From contig NC_057757.1 of the NCBI RefSeq assembly GCF_004010195.1, positions 6,035,980 to 6,099,979 of the forward strand: a stretch of 64,000 nt of DNA. The letters run 5' to 3'. Within the stretch, counting starts at the first letter, position 1, and every line of letters begins with the position of its first letter. Both the position numbers and the translations under genes were made by a program. The notes beneath the pieces are model-generated. The model was given only the letters and a program-made list of their open reading frames with translations, was not told where the DNA came from and made no database searches. This document shows, one piece after another, positions 24,763-37,485 of this stretch. The stretch is from Chiloscyllium plagiosum (taxonomy: Eukaryota).

Positions 24763-26005
24763 CCAATTAGCTTATATCTGTGAACCTCCGGCAGTGCAGC
24801 ACTCACCCAGCACTGCACTGGAGTGTCAGCCTTGAGTGTTGCGCTCCTACCATTGAACAGAGAACCTTACTCTAAGGCACAGCTATAAGGCTGCTACCAA
24901 CTGGGCCAAAGTGTTTTGGAAGAGGTTTAAGAAATGGGTGCAGGATGAGGCCATTCAGACTCCTTGAGCCTGCTCTATCCTTCAAAACAATCATAGCTGA
25001 CCCCTACCTCAATTCCGCCTACCTGGCCTATCCCCATACGCCTTATTCCCTTACAGTCTAAAAACAAATCCATCAAACATAGTCCTGATTTTTAAAAAAA
25101 ATTGTTCATGGGATGTGGGCCCAGCATTTAACGCCCCATCCCTAATTACCCCTTGAGAAGATTGGGGTGGGCTGCCTTCTTGAACAGCTGCAGTCCCGTG
25201 TGGTGTACAGACACCCACCCAGTGCCCTCAGGAAGGGAGTTCCAGGATTCAGACCCAACAACGCTGAGGGAACGGCCGATATATTCCCAAGTCAGGACTG
25301 TGAGGGGTGGTGTTCCCACGCACCTGCTGGCCTTGACCTATGAGATGGAAGAGGTCAAGGGTCTCCAAGGTGGTGTTGTCGGGGTCTTGGTGGGTTACAG
25401 CAGTGCTGAAGGGAACAAACATTGAAAGTGATGCCAGTCACTCGGGCTGCTCTGTCCTGAATGGAGTTGAGCTCCTCGTGTGTTGTTGGAGCTGCACACA
25501 TTCAGGCAAATGGAGAGAGTGTCCCATGCCTGACATCCCTTGTACACGATGGACAGGTTTTGGGGAGACAGGAGGTGGGTTACTCAATGCAGTATTCCTA
25601 GCCTCTGACCTGCCGTAGTGGGTCCAGGCATAGTGTACCACACCAGAATGGGGTCAACGTCCTGAGGAGGAGGCAAGTGGGGTGAGGAGACAGACAATGG
25701 TATTTACCAGGAATCAATCAATGAGTGCCATTTGCTGAACTGTGTCCCCTTCATGAACTGAATTGTACTGTCTTCATGCACCAAACAACATTCATCTTAT
25801 GAAACGAAAGCTGCACATGTTGCAACTTTAACCGCTTAAGGACACTTCACCCAATGCAGTGCCTCTGAAATGTAGTCATGCAAGGAACAGTCAGCAAGTC
25901 AAGATCCAGATGACCAGATATGTTTTCGTCGTGTAGATTGGGCGAGAGAAAGTTAGGACCCAAAGCTCTGTGTATAGCCTCCTCTGCTACAAAGTAGCTC
26001 TGCAG

Positions 26006-26288
26006 GATCCACCCTAACCTGCACATCCCTGGGCACTATGGGTAATTTAGCATGGCCAATCCACCCTAACCTGCACATCCCCGGGCACTATGGGTAATTT
26101 AGCACGGCCAATCCACCCTAACCTGAACACCCCGGGCACTATGGGTAATTTAGCACGGCCAATCCACCCTAACCTACACATCCCTGGGCACTATGGGTAA
26201 TTGAACATGGCCAATCCACCCTAACCTGCACATTTCTGGGCACTATGGGTAATTTAGCACGGCCAATCCACCCTAACCTGCACATCCC
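26006..26288 (-). repeat. SINE-derived 52-bp tandem array running into a gap
   Basis: Same unit as 12943-13235. Confidence 0.88.
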
Positions 26289-26994
26289 NNNNNNNNNNNN
26301 NNNNNNNNNNNNNNNNNNNNNNNNNNNNNNNNNNNNNNNNNNNNNNNNNNNNNNNNNNNNNNNNNNNNNNNNNNNNNNNNNNNNNNNNNNNNNNNNNNNN
26401 NNNNNNNNNNNNNNNNNNNNNNNNNNNNNNNNNNNNNNNNNNNNNNNNNNNNNNNNNNNNNNNNNNNNNNNNNNNNNNNNNNNNNNNNNNNNNNNNNNNN
26501 NNNNNNNNNNNNNNNNNNNNNNNNNNNNNNNNNNNNNNNNNNNNNNNNNNNNNNNNNNNNNNNNNNNNNNNNNNNNNNNNNNNNNNNNNNNNNNNNNNNN
26601 NNNNNNNNNNNNNNNNNNNNNNNNNNNNNNNNNNNNNNNNNNNNNNNNNNNNNNNNNNNNNNNNNNNNNNNNNNNNNNNNNNNNNNNNNNNNNNNNNNNN
26701 NNNNNNNNNNNNNNNNNNNNNNNNNNNNNNNNNNNNNNNNNNNNNNNNNNNNNNNNNNNNNNNNNNNNNNNNNNNNNNNNNNNNNNNNNNNNNNNNNNNN
26801 NNNNNNNNNNNNNNNNNNNNNNNNNNNNNNNNNNNNNNNNNNNNNNNNNNNNNNNNNNNNNNNNNNNNNNNNNNNNNNNNNNNNNNNNNNNNNNNNNNNN
26901 NNNNNNNNNNNNNNNNNNNNNNNNNNNNNNNNNNNNNNNNNNNNNNNNNNNNNNNNNNNNNNCTCTTTCCTGGGGCCATTCTTGCAAATTGCTC

Positions 26995-27090
26995 CTGCTC
27001 TCTCTCTCTGTCTCTCTGTCTGTCTCTCTCTCTCTCTCTCTCTGTCTCTCTGTGTCTCTCTCTCTCTCTCTGTCTCGCTCTCTCTGTCTG

Positions 27091-27121
<31 letters not shown>

Positions 27122-27143
27122 GTCTCTCTGTCTCTCTCTCTCT
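26995..27143. repeat. (CT)n/(CTGT)n microsatellite upstream of exon 13
   Basis: Seen directly. Confidence 0.92.
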
Positions 27144-27188
27144 CCGGTGTGTTCACACATTTGATTGCTCGATCTGCTGTGTTCGCAG

Positions 27189-27274
27189 GTGCACCCACGA
27201 TGACACTCCCAGGGACTGTGATAAGGATGAATTTAAGAAACCCGAGAGTTGTGGATTTATGAAAGACCCGAAGG
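27189..27274 (+). CDS. Exon 13: linker/C8-2 N-terminal part
   Basis: gcag|G...AAGG|gtaagt; CTHDDTPRDCDKDEFKKPESCGFMKDPK. Confidence 0.9.
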
Positions 27275-27439
27275 GTAAGTGTCCCCCCGAGCAGCCGTCA
27301 CTAGCAGAGGGGGAGGTTATCGTCGGGGACAAGCCATTTAAACCACAGTCGGGTTCATAAGAGCGAGGATGAGTTGTTTTGACAATTCAGAAGCACTAGT
27401 TTAAGTCAAACACAGGGGTTATATGCAAATGAATTCTAT

Positions 27440-28290
27440 AACAAACATGCAACGCAGGAACTTTGGCCCACTAATTCTGCGCCAATTCTAATCCTTAATT
27501 AGATGTATTGCCCAGGCGTGGTTTCTACTCCTCTGTTTGTCTCCTGTTCTTAAACGTTGCTAACGTGCCTGTTTCCACCACCAGCTCCACTGGCAGTGCA
27601 TTCCAGACACCCACCACCCTCTGTGTGAAACATTTTCCCTGCACTCCCCCCCCCCCACTAACTTTCCCCCTCTCCCCCTTGTGTTCTCTTATGGTCGATA
27701 TTTCCACCCTGGGGGAAAAAAAAAACCTCTGACCATCCGCCTTTCGTAATTTTGTCGCTCTCTGTCAGGTCGTCGGCCTTCCGGCGAAAGCTATCCAAGT
27801 TTATCCAACCACTCCTCATAACTAAAACCCCCCCCCCAGACCAGGCACCATCCCGGTAAACCTTCTCTGCACCCTCTCCAAAGCATCTATGTCCTTCTAG
27901 TAGCCTGCCAGAACTGCACGCAATATTCCAAATGTGGCCGAACTAAAGTTTTGTACAGCGGTAACATAACTTGTCAACTTTTATGTTCGATGTCCAGAAG
28001 GTAAGCATGCTGTACGCCTTCTTGACCACTCGTGTTGCCCTCTCGGGGATCTGTGGACCTGTTTGCTGAGATCAATGCTCTTACATGTTCTGCTGCTTAT
28101 TGCAAAGTTCATACCTAAATGCAAAATGCATTGCCTCGCGTTTGGCCGGATTAAACTCCATCTGTCATTTCTCTGTCCAAATCTGCAATCCATCGATATG
28201 CCGCCGTATCTTCTGACAATCCTCAATATCTGTAACTCGGCCAATTTTGGTGTCATCAGCAAACTTACTAACCAGACCACCCACCCAGAT
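27440..28290 (-). mobile_element. Decayed CR1 LINE fragment
   Basis: FTQRVVGVWNALP motif; reverse complement of TTGGTGTCATCAGCAAA encodes FADDTK. Confidence 0.8.
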
Positions 28291-29837
28291 CGTTCATATG
28301 CTCTGTGCATACTTAAGTAAAAGTTGATCTTGTATAAAAGACGGCTCCCTATTTTTGCTCAAAAGTTCTGGAATTTTCCATATATCTCGTGTAAGAGTCG
28401 ACCTTCATTCCTCACAGATAACAGATCAACATTTGTGGGTCAAGGTAATATCTTGTCCATAAATGTTACATCTACAGAGATTGTTGAGACTGTATGAGAG
28501 TCAAATGTCTGATGACTTGTTTATCAGAAATGAAAGCTTAAGTATTAATCTAATAAACTAAAACATCAGTAGACAAGATAAAATGGAGGGAAATGGAAGA
28601 ATTTGGCACAGAGGTTTCAGACGCATCAGGTCAGAATGAAGTGACAACCTCCCTTTGTCCGCAGCTCAGCTGAGCTCAGTTTCCCGTACAACCCGTATTT
28701 TGGACAGTAACATGAATTTCAGTCCGTCAAAAGTCGTATCCCCGTAATAGTGGACCCCTTAGATTTAACCTTAAAAAAAATACAACTTTTACTCTACAAA
28801 TATAACAGTACTACCAACAAGAAAGGCCTCAGCACTGATCCCTGCTGAACACAACTAGTTACTGGTCACCGCTACTTTCTGTGAGTTCGATGGCCTACAG
28901 TTTGGATCCACCTATCGAGCTCACCCTGGTTCCCGTGGGACACTTAGATCCACACAGTCCAACGAGAAATATACACAAACGATTGCCTCAGACACGCACA
29001 GTCCCAAAGACGGATCCCCTCATGGCTTTACAACAGGATGTGGGTGAGTGAGTGAGGGGCCATGGTATTATGTCCTCTTGGTGCCCACCTACTCTACAAG
29101 CCCCTTATCCCTGCTCCAGGCTGGGGCGACACCCTCATGGTGAAGACACAGTTGGGCCCCCCCCCCACAGCCGCGGGCACTAGGTGCCCTGGGCTCCACC
29201 ATGATGAGCATCAATGCTCCCTCTGGGCCACCCAGTGGAAAAAGAGAAGGGAGGGAAAGTGTTGGTGAGCCCCTGAGATTGGCGATGCTTTGTGCCAAGG
29301 GAGGGCTGGCACAGAGTCCACTGGCATCAAAGCCAGTTCACACCACGATCAGTCCGGTTAAAGTCCGTGACAAGCAATCTACCATACCCTGGCACACCAC
29401 CAGTGCCAACCTAATTGTCCAATGATTATAAATATATCAAAAATATAGATACGTGGATGGTTTTACTGCGTGATCTCATACCTATTGCGAAAGTACAAAG
29501 CCTCCTTGAGGAAAATAAAATCTTCTCAACTTTCTTCATTGCTGCATCCGGCAGGTGTCAGTGAGACCCCCTGGTCAAATGTCCGTCTGGGTTCAGTTCT
29601 TGGCCCCCTACCTCAGGAAGAATGGACCAAGCTCGGAGGGCTCTGGATTCAGAGAGGCCTATGTCCATTCTTTCACTTCGGAGAACTCTGGGGGGGGTGG
29701 GGGCGAGGGAGGGGAGAGGTGTCACCTTCAGAGTGGGTTCTGAGTGAGCTAGTGCAGAAATTCACACCAGGTCTATCCAAGGCAACTCTGAGGTTGGGAG
29801 GTAGGATCAAACCCTTCCCTGATCTTGCCTCCCCCGC

Positions 29838-29870
<33 letters not shown>

Positions 29871-30057
29871 ACCCCGCACTCTCCCTCCCTCCTCCTTACA
29901 TCTTCTCCCATCCTAGAATTCCCCAAGGTCCCTCTGTGTTCCTCCAACCATTACCTGGTCCACACTGGTTTCCCTGTTAAAAGCGCCAGGTAAATGCGTG
30001 CTGTTGTTGAGGCTAGTCCAGCGAGTTATCAGATTGCTTCTGTTCTGTCTGCTGAAG

Positions 30058-30234
30058 GTCCCTTCCGAGAGTGCAACAAGCACATCCCACCAGACAGCTA
30101 CTTTGAGGACTGTGTGTACGACATGTCCTGTGGGACTGGTGACATGGCATCGCTCTGCTTCGCCCTGGGATCCTATGCCACACTCTGCGCCAAAGCCGGA
30201 TTCCCCGTCAGCTGGAGAAACCAGACCTTCTGCC
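30058..30234 (+). CDS. Exon 14: C8-2
   Basis: gaag|GT...TGCC|gtaagt; GPFRECNKHIPPDSYFEDCVYDMSCGTGDMASLCFALGSYATLCAKAGFPVSWRNQTFC. Confidence 0.92.
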
Positions 30235-30450
30235 GTAAGTTAATCCTGTGTCTGGTCAATGTGACTTTCCGGTGGACTCACTCAGGAGTGCAGGAGAGAC
30301 TCTTAATGCAGCAACAATGCATTTTGTCCGAGTTCTCAGAAGCAGAACTCTGATTTGATTTATTATTGTTCCATGTACCTAGGGACAGTGAAAAGTTTTG
30401 TTTTGTGCACAGGATAAGCAGATCATACAAGACAAAGTGCATTAGGGAAG

Positions 30451-30900
30451 AGGGTGGCTCAGTGGTCAGCACTGCTGCCCCACAGCGCCAAGGGCCTGCG
30501 TTCGATTCACCACCTCAGGCAACTGTCTGTGTGGAGTTTGCACATTCTCCCCGTGTCTGCGTGGGTTTCCTCCAGATGCTCCGGTTTCCTCCCACAGTCC
30601 AAAGATCTGCAGGTCGGGTGAATTGGCCGTGCTAAATTGCCCTTAGTATGAGGCCAATTAGTCAGAGGGAAATGGGTCTGGGTGGGTTACGCTTCTCCCC
30701 GTGGGTTTCCTCCGGGTGCTCCGGTTTCCTCCCACAGTCCAAAGATCTGCAGGTCGGGTGAATCGGCCGTGCTAAATTGCCCTTAGTATGAGGCCAATTA
30801 GTCAGAGGGAAATGGGTCTGGGTGGGTTACGCTTCGGAGGGTCGGTGTGGACTGGTTGGGCCAAAGGGCCTGTTTCCACGCTGAAGGGAATCTAATCTTA
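30451..30900 (+). mobile_element. HE1-type SINE with internal 140-bp duplication
   Basis: GCTAAATTGC at 30631 and 30771. Confidence 0.87.
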
Positions 30901-32119
30901 TCGAACAAAGCGAGGGATACAATGATATGGTTGCAGTGAGAGAGCAGGATAAGCATTACATTTGGAATTTGAGAGGCCCATTCAGAAGTCTGATAACAGT
31001 GGGGAAGAATGTGTTGGTCCATGCGTACCTTCTGCCTGATGGAAGAGATTGTAACCTGGGTGGGAAAGGTCTTTGATTATGCAGCTTAGAGGTTCAAAGG
31101 GAGCTCGGGCTGTGTCTCCACACATCACTGAAGGTGTCCAGTCAGATAGATAAAGTTGTCAAGAAGGCATTCCAAGTATTTGGTCTTTAACGCCCAAACT
31201 CTACAAGCTAAGGGGATGCTGGAACTGTATAAAACACGAGACCTAGTTATAATCAAAGATGTATAACACATATTACTGTATTTTTGGATTTAGATTTTTA
31301 AAATAGAGGCAGATGTGTGGTTCCAGTTCTGTGAGGGGATGTTTTTAAATGAGATTAGAAAGTCACTTGGAACAGTGAACTAGTGTTATCATTTCCAGGG
31401 AGGTATGAGACAGAGTGAAGGCCATCTGTGGTGTTAATAGACAAAAGATAAATGTACAGGACAGACACAGAAAGACAGATCAGAGGCCACTTGGTTTAGT
31501 TTTGACTTCAGTTCAGCTCGGAGAACAGTTTCCTCTTCGCAGGACAGTCACGTGGTCAGATCAGGGGCAACCGGTCACCTGAGCAGAAGTGGGGGTGTGT
31601 AGACATCTTCAAGTTGTTGGGACTGAAACGCGGCTTGAAAGAAAGACCCTTTCCAACACTCTCGGAGAGTCAAAAATTATCTTGGCTTTCCTAGAAGGAA
31701 AAATGGGAAAAGTCCATTAAATGAGAATTGAGTTAGGAGTGAAAGTTCTTTGAGATTGAGTATCTGTAAAGGATAATGTTGGTTTTCTGCTTATGTTAGA
31801 TCTTTCTAAACTGTCATTTATACTTTTTTTCTACTGTGTCATAAACTTGTGATCTTTTGTTAAAAAATATTTGCAACCTTGCACACATGTTCAGTGATAC
31901 AAGTTCAAGGCATGCAGCCCTTCTTCATACAGCAGGGAGTGGGTTTTTGTAACCCCCTCCCTATTGAGGCTGGTGGGTAGCTGAGAGAGTGGCAATCGAA
32001 AAACCTTCAAACTGAAACCAGGATGATTTGTTTTAGGCAAGAGGATTAAGGGAATTAGAACTAAGTGAGTGAAGTTAAAATGCAGGTTAGTCATGATCTC
32101 AGGCTTGGGGGCTGAGTGG

Positions 32120-32325
32120 CCTGTCTATGTGTGTCTATGTGTGTGTGTCTATACGTGTATGTGTGTCTCTATATGAATGTGTATCTATATGTCTGTGTCT
32201 GTGCCTGTGTGTGTGTGTCTATGTGTGCATGCCTGTGTGTGTATGTGTGTTTGTCTGTGTGTCTGTGTGTGTGTGGATGTGTGTGTGTGTGTGTCTGTGT
32301 GTGTGTGTGGATATGTGTGGGTGTG
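32120..32325. repeat. Degenerate (TG)n microsatellite
   Basis: Seen directly. Confidence 0.9.
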
Positions 32326-32363
32326 CCCTGTAGCCCAGTATTTATTCTCTCTCTCCTCGCCAG

Positions 32364-32566
32364 CTCTGAATTGCCCGGCCAATAGTCACTATGAGCCCTG
32401 TGCCAGTGCCTGCCCTGCGTCCTGTACTGACCTATCAGCCCCCAGCGACTGCAGTGGACCGTGTGTGGAGGACTGTGTCTGTGATGTGCGCCACATCTTG
32501 AGTGGGGACCAGTGCGTCCCCTTCACTCAGTGCGGCTGTGTGGACCCTGACAGGAACTACCGGCTG
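32364..32566 (+). CDS. Exon 15: TIL-2
   Basis: ccag|CT...CTG|gtaagt; LNCPANSHYEPCASACPASCTDLSAPSDCSGPCVEDCVCDVRHILSGDQCVPFTQCGCVDPDRNYRL. Confidence 0.94.
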
Positions 32567-32737
32567 GTAAGTAACTCAGCAGTCACTCCCCAAACACCTG
32601 GGTTATTCACTTCTCATTAACTAGGTGCAGAGAGTGGGGGTGGAGAGATTGTATGAGGGTGAGCAGATTTGCAGTGACAGAATCCAGAAGGGTGAGAGTC
32701 ATACTTTTATTGTCGATATTTTCTGTTGTTTCTGATC

Positions 32738-33052
32738 ATAGAATGAATCTTACAATGGCCCTACAGTGTGGAAGCGGGCCATTCAGCCCATACTGGCCCT
32801 CTAAAGTGTATCCCGCCCAGACCCTCCCCCCTCTATTCCTGCATTTCCCATGGCTGACCCATCTAGCCTGCTCATTCCTGCACACTACGGGGCAATGCAG
32901 CTGATCCGCCCTAACCTGGGCATCTTTGGACTGTAGGAGGAAACCCACGCAGACACAGGGGAGAATGTGCAAACTCCACACAGACAGTCGCCTGTGGCGG
33001 GAATCGAACCCGGGTCCAATGAGGCAGCAGCGCTAACCACTGAGCCACCGTG
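32738..33052 (-). mobile_element. HE1-type V-SINE
   Basis: Head and core on the minus strand. Confidence 0.85.
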
Positions 33053-33954
33053 ATACTGGGCTGTAACTCCACCTTCCAGTCCATTCCCTCTATCCGTGCA
33101 ATTCCTTGAGACAGTAAAGATCTGGCAATCCCAGCTTTCAATGATAAGAGCATCCCCCATGCGGGAGAAAATTCCGGAGAATTCCTGCCCTCTGACTGAA
33201 GGAATTTCTCCACATCTCAGTCCGAAAAGATCAAGCCCACATCCTCAGACCGGCCTCCCCTGCGTCGATTTTGTGACCAGGGGAAACAGTCTACCCTGTC
33301 AAACCCCTACAGATTTCAACAGGAGCATCTCTCATTCTTCTAAGCTCCAGAGAATTTTGACTCAGTTTACTCATCATCAATCTAGCCAACCTCTGCTGTA
33401 TCACCTCAATATGGAGACTAAAATTTCACACCATACCCCAAAACAACGCAGAATTAATTGGAAAGCTCTTTCTACTGTTAAAGATGGGCCAAAAGGCCTG
33501 CAACTATACTCTATGATCATCTCCTTAACAATATAAATCCCAATGGCCACTGGTAATTCCTCCAGCCCATGACTCGGAATCTTGGGATAGGGGTTTGGGG
33601 GTTTTACCCAGGAGACATCGGTTCCCAGTCTACAGTAGCTGATCGAGTCGGCCTTGTCACTCCTCAGCCTGCGAGGGGGGAAAACCTGTTCAGGACGTCC
33701 ACTCGGCACTGCGGTCTGACCGGAATTGGGGTGTGCGATTCCGAGGTGAATCACTCGGTCAATCGGTCCCTCAATACGTACACGTCTAACGTTAGGACAC
33801 ACAAGCAGACCACAAACTGGGTTGCTAATCGAGTTCAGGGAGCATCCTATAGGAGGAGGGAGAGAATTTAAAAATGAGGGAGTTCTAGCTCTCAGCCTCC
33901 GCCCCAGGAAGATGAAGACGTTATCACCAATGGTGGAGCGACGGGAATGAGGAG

Positions 33955-34436
33955 ATTTAGATTAGATTCTGTACTGGAAACAGGCCCTTCAGCCCTACAA
34001 GTCCACACAGACCCTCCGAAGAGTAACCCACCCAGACTCATTCCTCGATATTTACCCCTGACTAATGCACCTAGCTTACACATCCCTGGGCACTATGGGT
34101 TATTTAGCACAGCCAATCCACGCTAACCTGCATATCCCTGGACACTATGAGTAATTTAGCACAGCCAATCCACCCTAACCTGCACATCCCTGGACACTAT
34201 GAGTAATTTAGCACGGCCAATCCACCCTAACCTGCACATCCCTGGAGACTATGGGTAATTTAGCATGGCCAATCCACCATAACCTGCACCTGTTTGGACT
34301 GTGGGAGGAAACCGGAGCACCCGGAGGAAACCTATGCAGACACGGAGAGAATGTGCAAACTCCACACAGTCAGTCGCCTGAGTCGGGAATCGAACTTGAC
34401 GCAGTGAGGCTGTAGTGCTCACCACTGAGCCACCAT
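33955..34436 (-). mobile_element. HE1-type SINE with 52-bp internal repeats
   Basis: Head at ~34436, about 4 internal units, tail at ~33955. Confidence 0.85.
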
Positions 34437-34708
34437 GTCACCATGCTGCCAACTCTCCCCCCCCACCCCGGCATAGAAATAGCCATCTTCAGACGGTCAC
34501 ACTGTTGTCAGAGAGCTTGGGGCCGGAGGACATAACAACTGAATGTGGGTTGAGGATTGTAAAACCAATTTGCTGCCAGTCAGGGAGCCAGCCTAGGTCA
34601 GTGAGCACAGCCTCCACTGGGGATCGAGGTACTGCACAGAGCAGCAGAAAATGGCACATGGAGAGGGAGTAATTAAAATCACTGATATCCCTGTCAATGT
34701 CTCGACAG

Positions 34709-34853
34709 CTGGGAGAGTCCTGGATGGCAAATGAAGACTGTACCAAACGCTGCACCTGCTCCAGCCCCAGCAACATCACGTGTGAGGAGTGGCAGTGTGG
34801 GCCCCTGGACAAGTGCAAGGTGTTGGACGGTGACCTGGGCTGTATCACATCAG
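34709..34853 (+). CDS. Exon 16 (copy a): TILa-2
   Basis: acag|CTG...TCAG|gtcagt; LGESWMANEDCTKRCTCSSPSNITCEEWQCGPLDKCKVLDGDLGCITS. Confidence 0.88.
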
Positions 34854-34954
34854 GTCAGTGAGCAAGCAAGATACCGGCCGCAATGAATTCTGCACTTTAT
34901 CTACCTTAGTGTCAGTGTGGCTTTATCGTGCACTTGAATTAATACAGTGACTGG

Positions 34955-35905
34955 CAGTGTTTGACGGGGGATAGTGTAGAGGCAGTTTTACTCTGTATCT
35001 AACCCCGTGCTGTCCCTGTCCTGAGAGTGTTTGATGGGGGGACAGTGTAGAGGCAGTTTTACTCTGTATCTAACCCCGTGCTGTCCCTGTCCTGAGAGTG
35101 TTTGATGGGGGGATAGTGTAGAGGGGGGATCGAGGTACTGCACAGAGCAGCAGAAAATGGCACATGGAGAGGGAGTAATTAAAATCACTGATATCCCTGT
35201 CAATGTCTCGACAGCTGGGAGAGTCCTGGATGGCAAATGAAGACTGTACCAAACGCTGCACCTGCTCCAGCCCCAGCAACATCACGTGTGAGGAGTGGCA
35301 GTGTGGGCCCCTGGACAAGTGCAAGGTGTTGGACGGTGACCTGGGCTGTATCACATCAGGTCAGTGAGCAAGCAAGATACCGGCCGCAATGAATTCTGCA
35401 CTTTATCTACCTTAGTGTCAGTGTGGCTTTATCGTGCACTTGAATTAATACAGTGACTGGGAATGTTTGACGGGAGATAGTGTAGAGGCAGTTTTACTCT
35501 GTATCTAACCCCGTGCTGTCCCTGTCCTGGGGAGTGTTTGATGGGGGGATAGTGTAGAGGGAGCTTTACTCTGTATCTAACCCCGTGCTGTCCCTGTCCT
35601 AGGAGTGTTTGATGGGGGGATAGTGTAGAGGGAGCTTTACTCTGTATCTAACCCCGTGCTGTCCCTGTCCTGGGAGTGTTTGATGGGGGGACAGTGTAGA
35701 GAGAGCTTTACTCTGTATCTGACCCTATGCTGTCCCTGTCCTGAAAGTGTTTGATGGGGGGATAGTTAGAGGGAGCTTTACTCTGTATCTAACCCCGTGC
35801 TGTCCCTGTCCTGGGAGTGTTTGATGGAGACAGTGTAGAGGGAGCTTTACGCTGTATCTAACCCCGTGCTGTCCCTGTCCTGAGAGTGTTTAATGGGTGG
35901 ATAGT
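34955..35905. repeat. 71-bp minisatellite (34955-35124 and 35461-35905)
   Basis: AGTGTAGA recurs at 34973, 35044, 35115 and at 35551, 35622, 35693. Confidence 0.92.
35215..35359 (+). CDS. Exon 16 (copy b): identical duplicate of TILa-2 exon
   Basis: Same sequence and splice sites as 34709-34853, offset 506 bp; may be an assembly duplicate. Confidence 0.55.
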
Positions 35906-36895
35906 TTTATCTAACTCAATGATAACACTGTGTCCAAATTAGAAGCTGACTTTATAAGTATCACCCTTCCTCACGATCTAACCTGTCTACCCATCCCACC
36001 CGGGTAGCCCTCACAAACCCACTCAACTCCTCCATGAGCCATTTTCCCTGCAGCCACATAGCCAGCTCACCTACAACCTACCTCACCCACTCCCCACTCG
36101 ATCTTGTCCCTGACGTTCAAACTGGGCGTGTAACCACGACACAGAACACCTCTCGGCATGAAAACGGGCCACGTCCTGTCTCTCCTGCCTCTGACTCCAC
36201 CCTCCGTTCTAACAACAATTCCCTAACCCTTGAACATTAGATTCAATCACTGCTCTTCAGCAGGTCCCAGGAATGGGATATCTCTGGTCGAAACTTTGAG
36301 AGGCTCCAGTTGGCACATGGCGCAACAGTGCCATGCGGTGGCGGGACATGCACATTACAGGATCCCTGCGTTCGGCTTGATCCAAGAGTCCCCTACACAT
36401 GCCCCCGAAGCAAGGGGAACGGATTATTCTGCACTCCGGACAATTCACCAACTCTGCGATTCACCTCACAGTCCTGAACGCAAATCCTCCATCTTCCAGG
36501 ATGTCTCAAAGCTTGTCCTGAACAGCACCCAATCCAGCACACAGGAAGATCCCAGAAATGGCCACCCGACTTCTTTCTCGTGTTGATCGTGCGAGGGGTG
36601 CTGGGGGTGGGAGGACGTTGGTGCTCAGGGTTGACCGGAGGTTCCTTACGGATGTGTCAATATTTAAAGGGAGTAAAGCTTCCTGCTGCTCCCTGAAGCT
36701 GGGAGTCCCCAGGGAGAGAGTCAGTATTTACAGAGAGTCTGGGGGTGGCGGAGGTCTGTTGGTATTTATAAGGGGTCCCCAAGGGAGTCTCCTCTGTCCA
36801 TTTCTCAAAGCTCTTGGATGAGAATGCTCTGTACTCAAGGAGGGGCACAGATTCAACGTGATGTCTCCTTTATGTGTGTCCTCACCCTCCCACAG

Positions 36896-37137
36896 GCACT
36901 GCCTCCTGTCACATTGCCGGTGACCCCCACTACTACACCTTTGACAACGTCATGCACACCTTCCTGGGTACCTGCACCTACACCTTGGTCACCGTCTGCA
37001 ACGCCACCATGGTCACGCCGTTCACCGTCAGCGGCAAGAACGAGGAGCGGGGCATGCCGTACGCCTCCTACCTCAGCGAGGTGCACGTCAAGGTCGAAGG
37101 CCTGAACATCGCCATGCAGAAGAGCAGGAGGTTGCTG
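36896..37137 (+). CDS. Exon 17: start of VWD3
   Basis: acag|GC...CTG|gtgggt; [34 protein letters not shown]...MQKSRRLL. Confidence 0.94.
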
Positions 37138-37296
37138 GTGGGTCCCTGCAGAATGACATAGCTGTTGTGGGGGGGGTGGGGGGGAAACTGGTTTGGTTCC
37201 TGCGGCAAGGTCTCACGGGTCTTTACAAAGACCAGTTTGGATTTCCGTGGCTGAATCTTGTAACCTGAGCAGATTAATTAGGTTAACCCCTTTAGG

Positions 37297-37485
37297 GTGT
37301 AGGTTTGCTCGCTGAGCTGTAGGTTTGATATCCAGACGTTTCATTACCTGGCTCGATAACATCATCAGTGGCGACCTCCAAGTGAAGCGAAGCTGTTGTC
37401 TCCTGCTTTCTATTTATATCTTTCTCCTGGATGGGGTTCCCGGGGTTTGTGGTGATGTCATTTCCTGTTCGTTTTCTGAGGGGTT
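37297..37485 (-). mobile_element. Penelope family C terminal fragment with degenerate hammerhead core
   Basis: - strand cca-CTGATGA-tgttatcgagccaggtaat-GAAACGTC-tgg. Confidence 0.7.

Noticed and set aside
10516..26962. Possible exons hidden in assembly gaps
   Set aside because: Splice phases and the VWD-C8-TIL sequence are complete without extra exons.
10088..27360. Long ORFs of 220-370 aa in the ORF track
   Set aside because: Their length comes from reading through N gaps.
22405..29875. Long G and C homopolymer runs as G-quadruplex elements
   Set aside because: Simple low-complexity runs, one abutting a gap; lengths are unreliable and there is no evidence of function.
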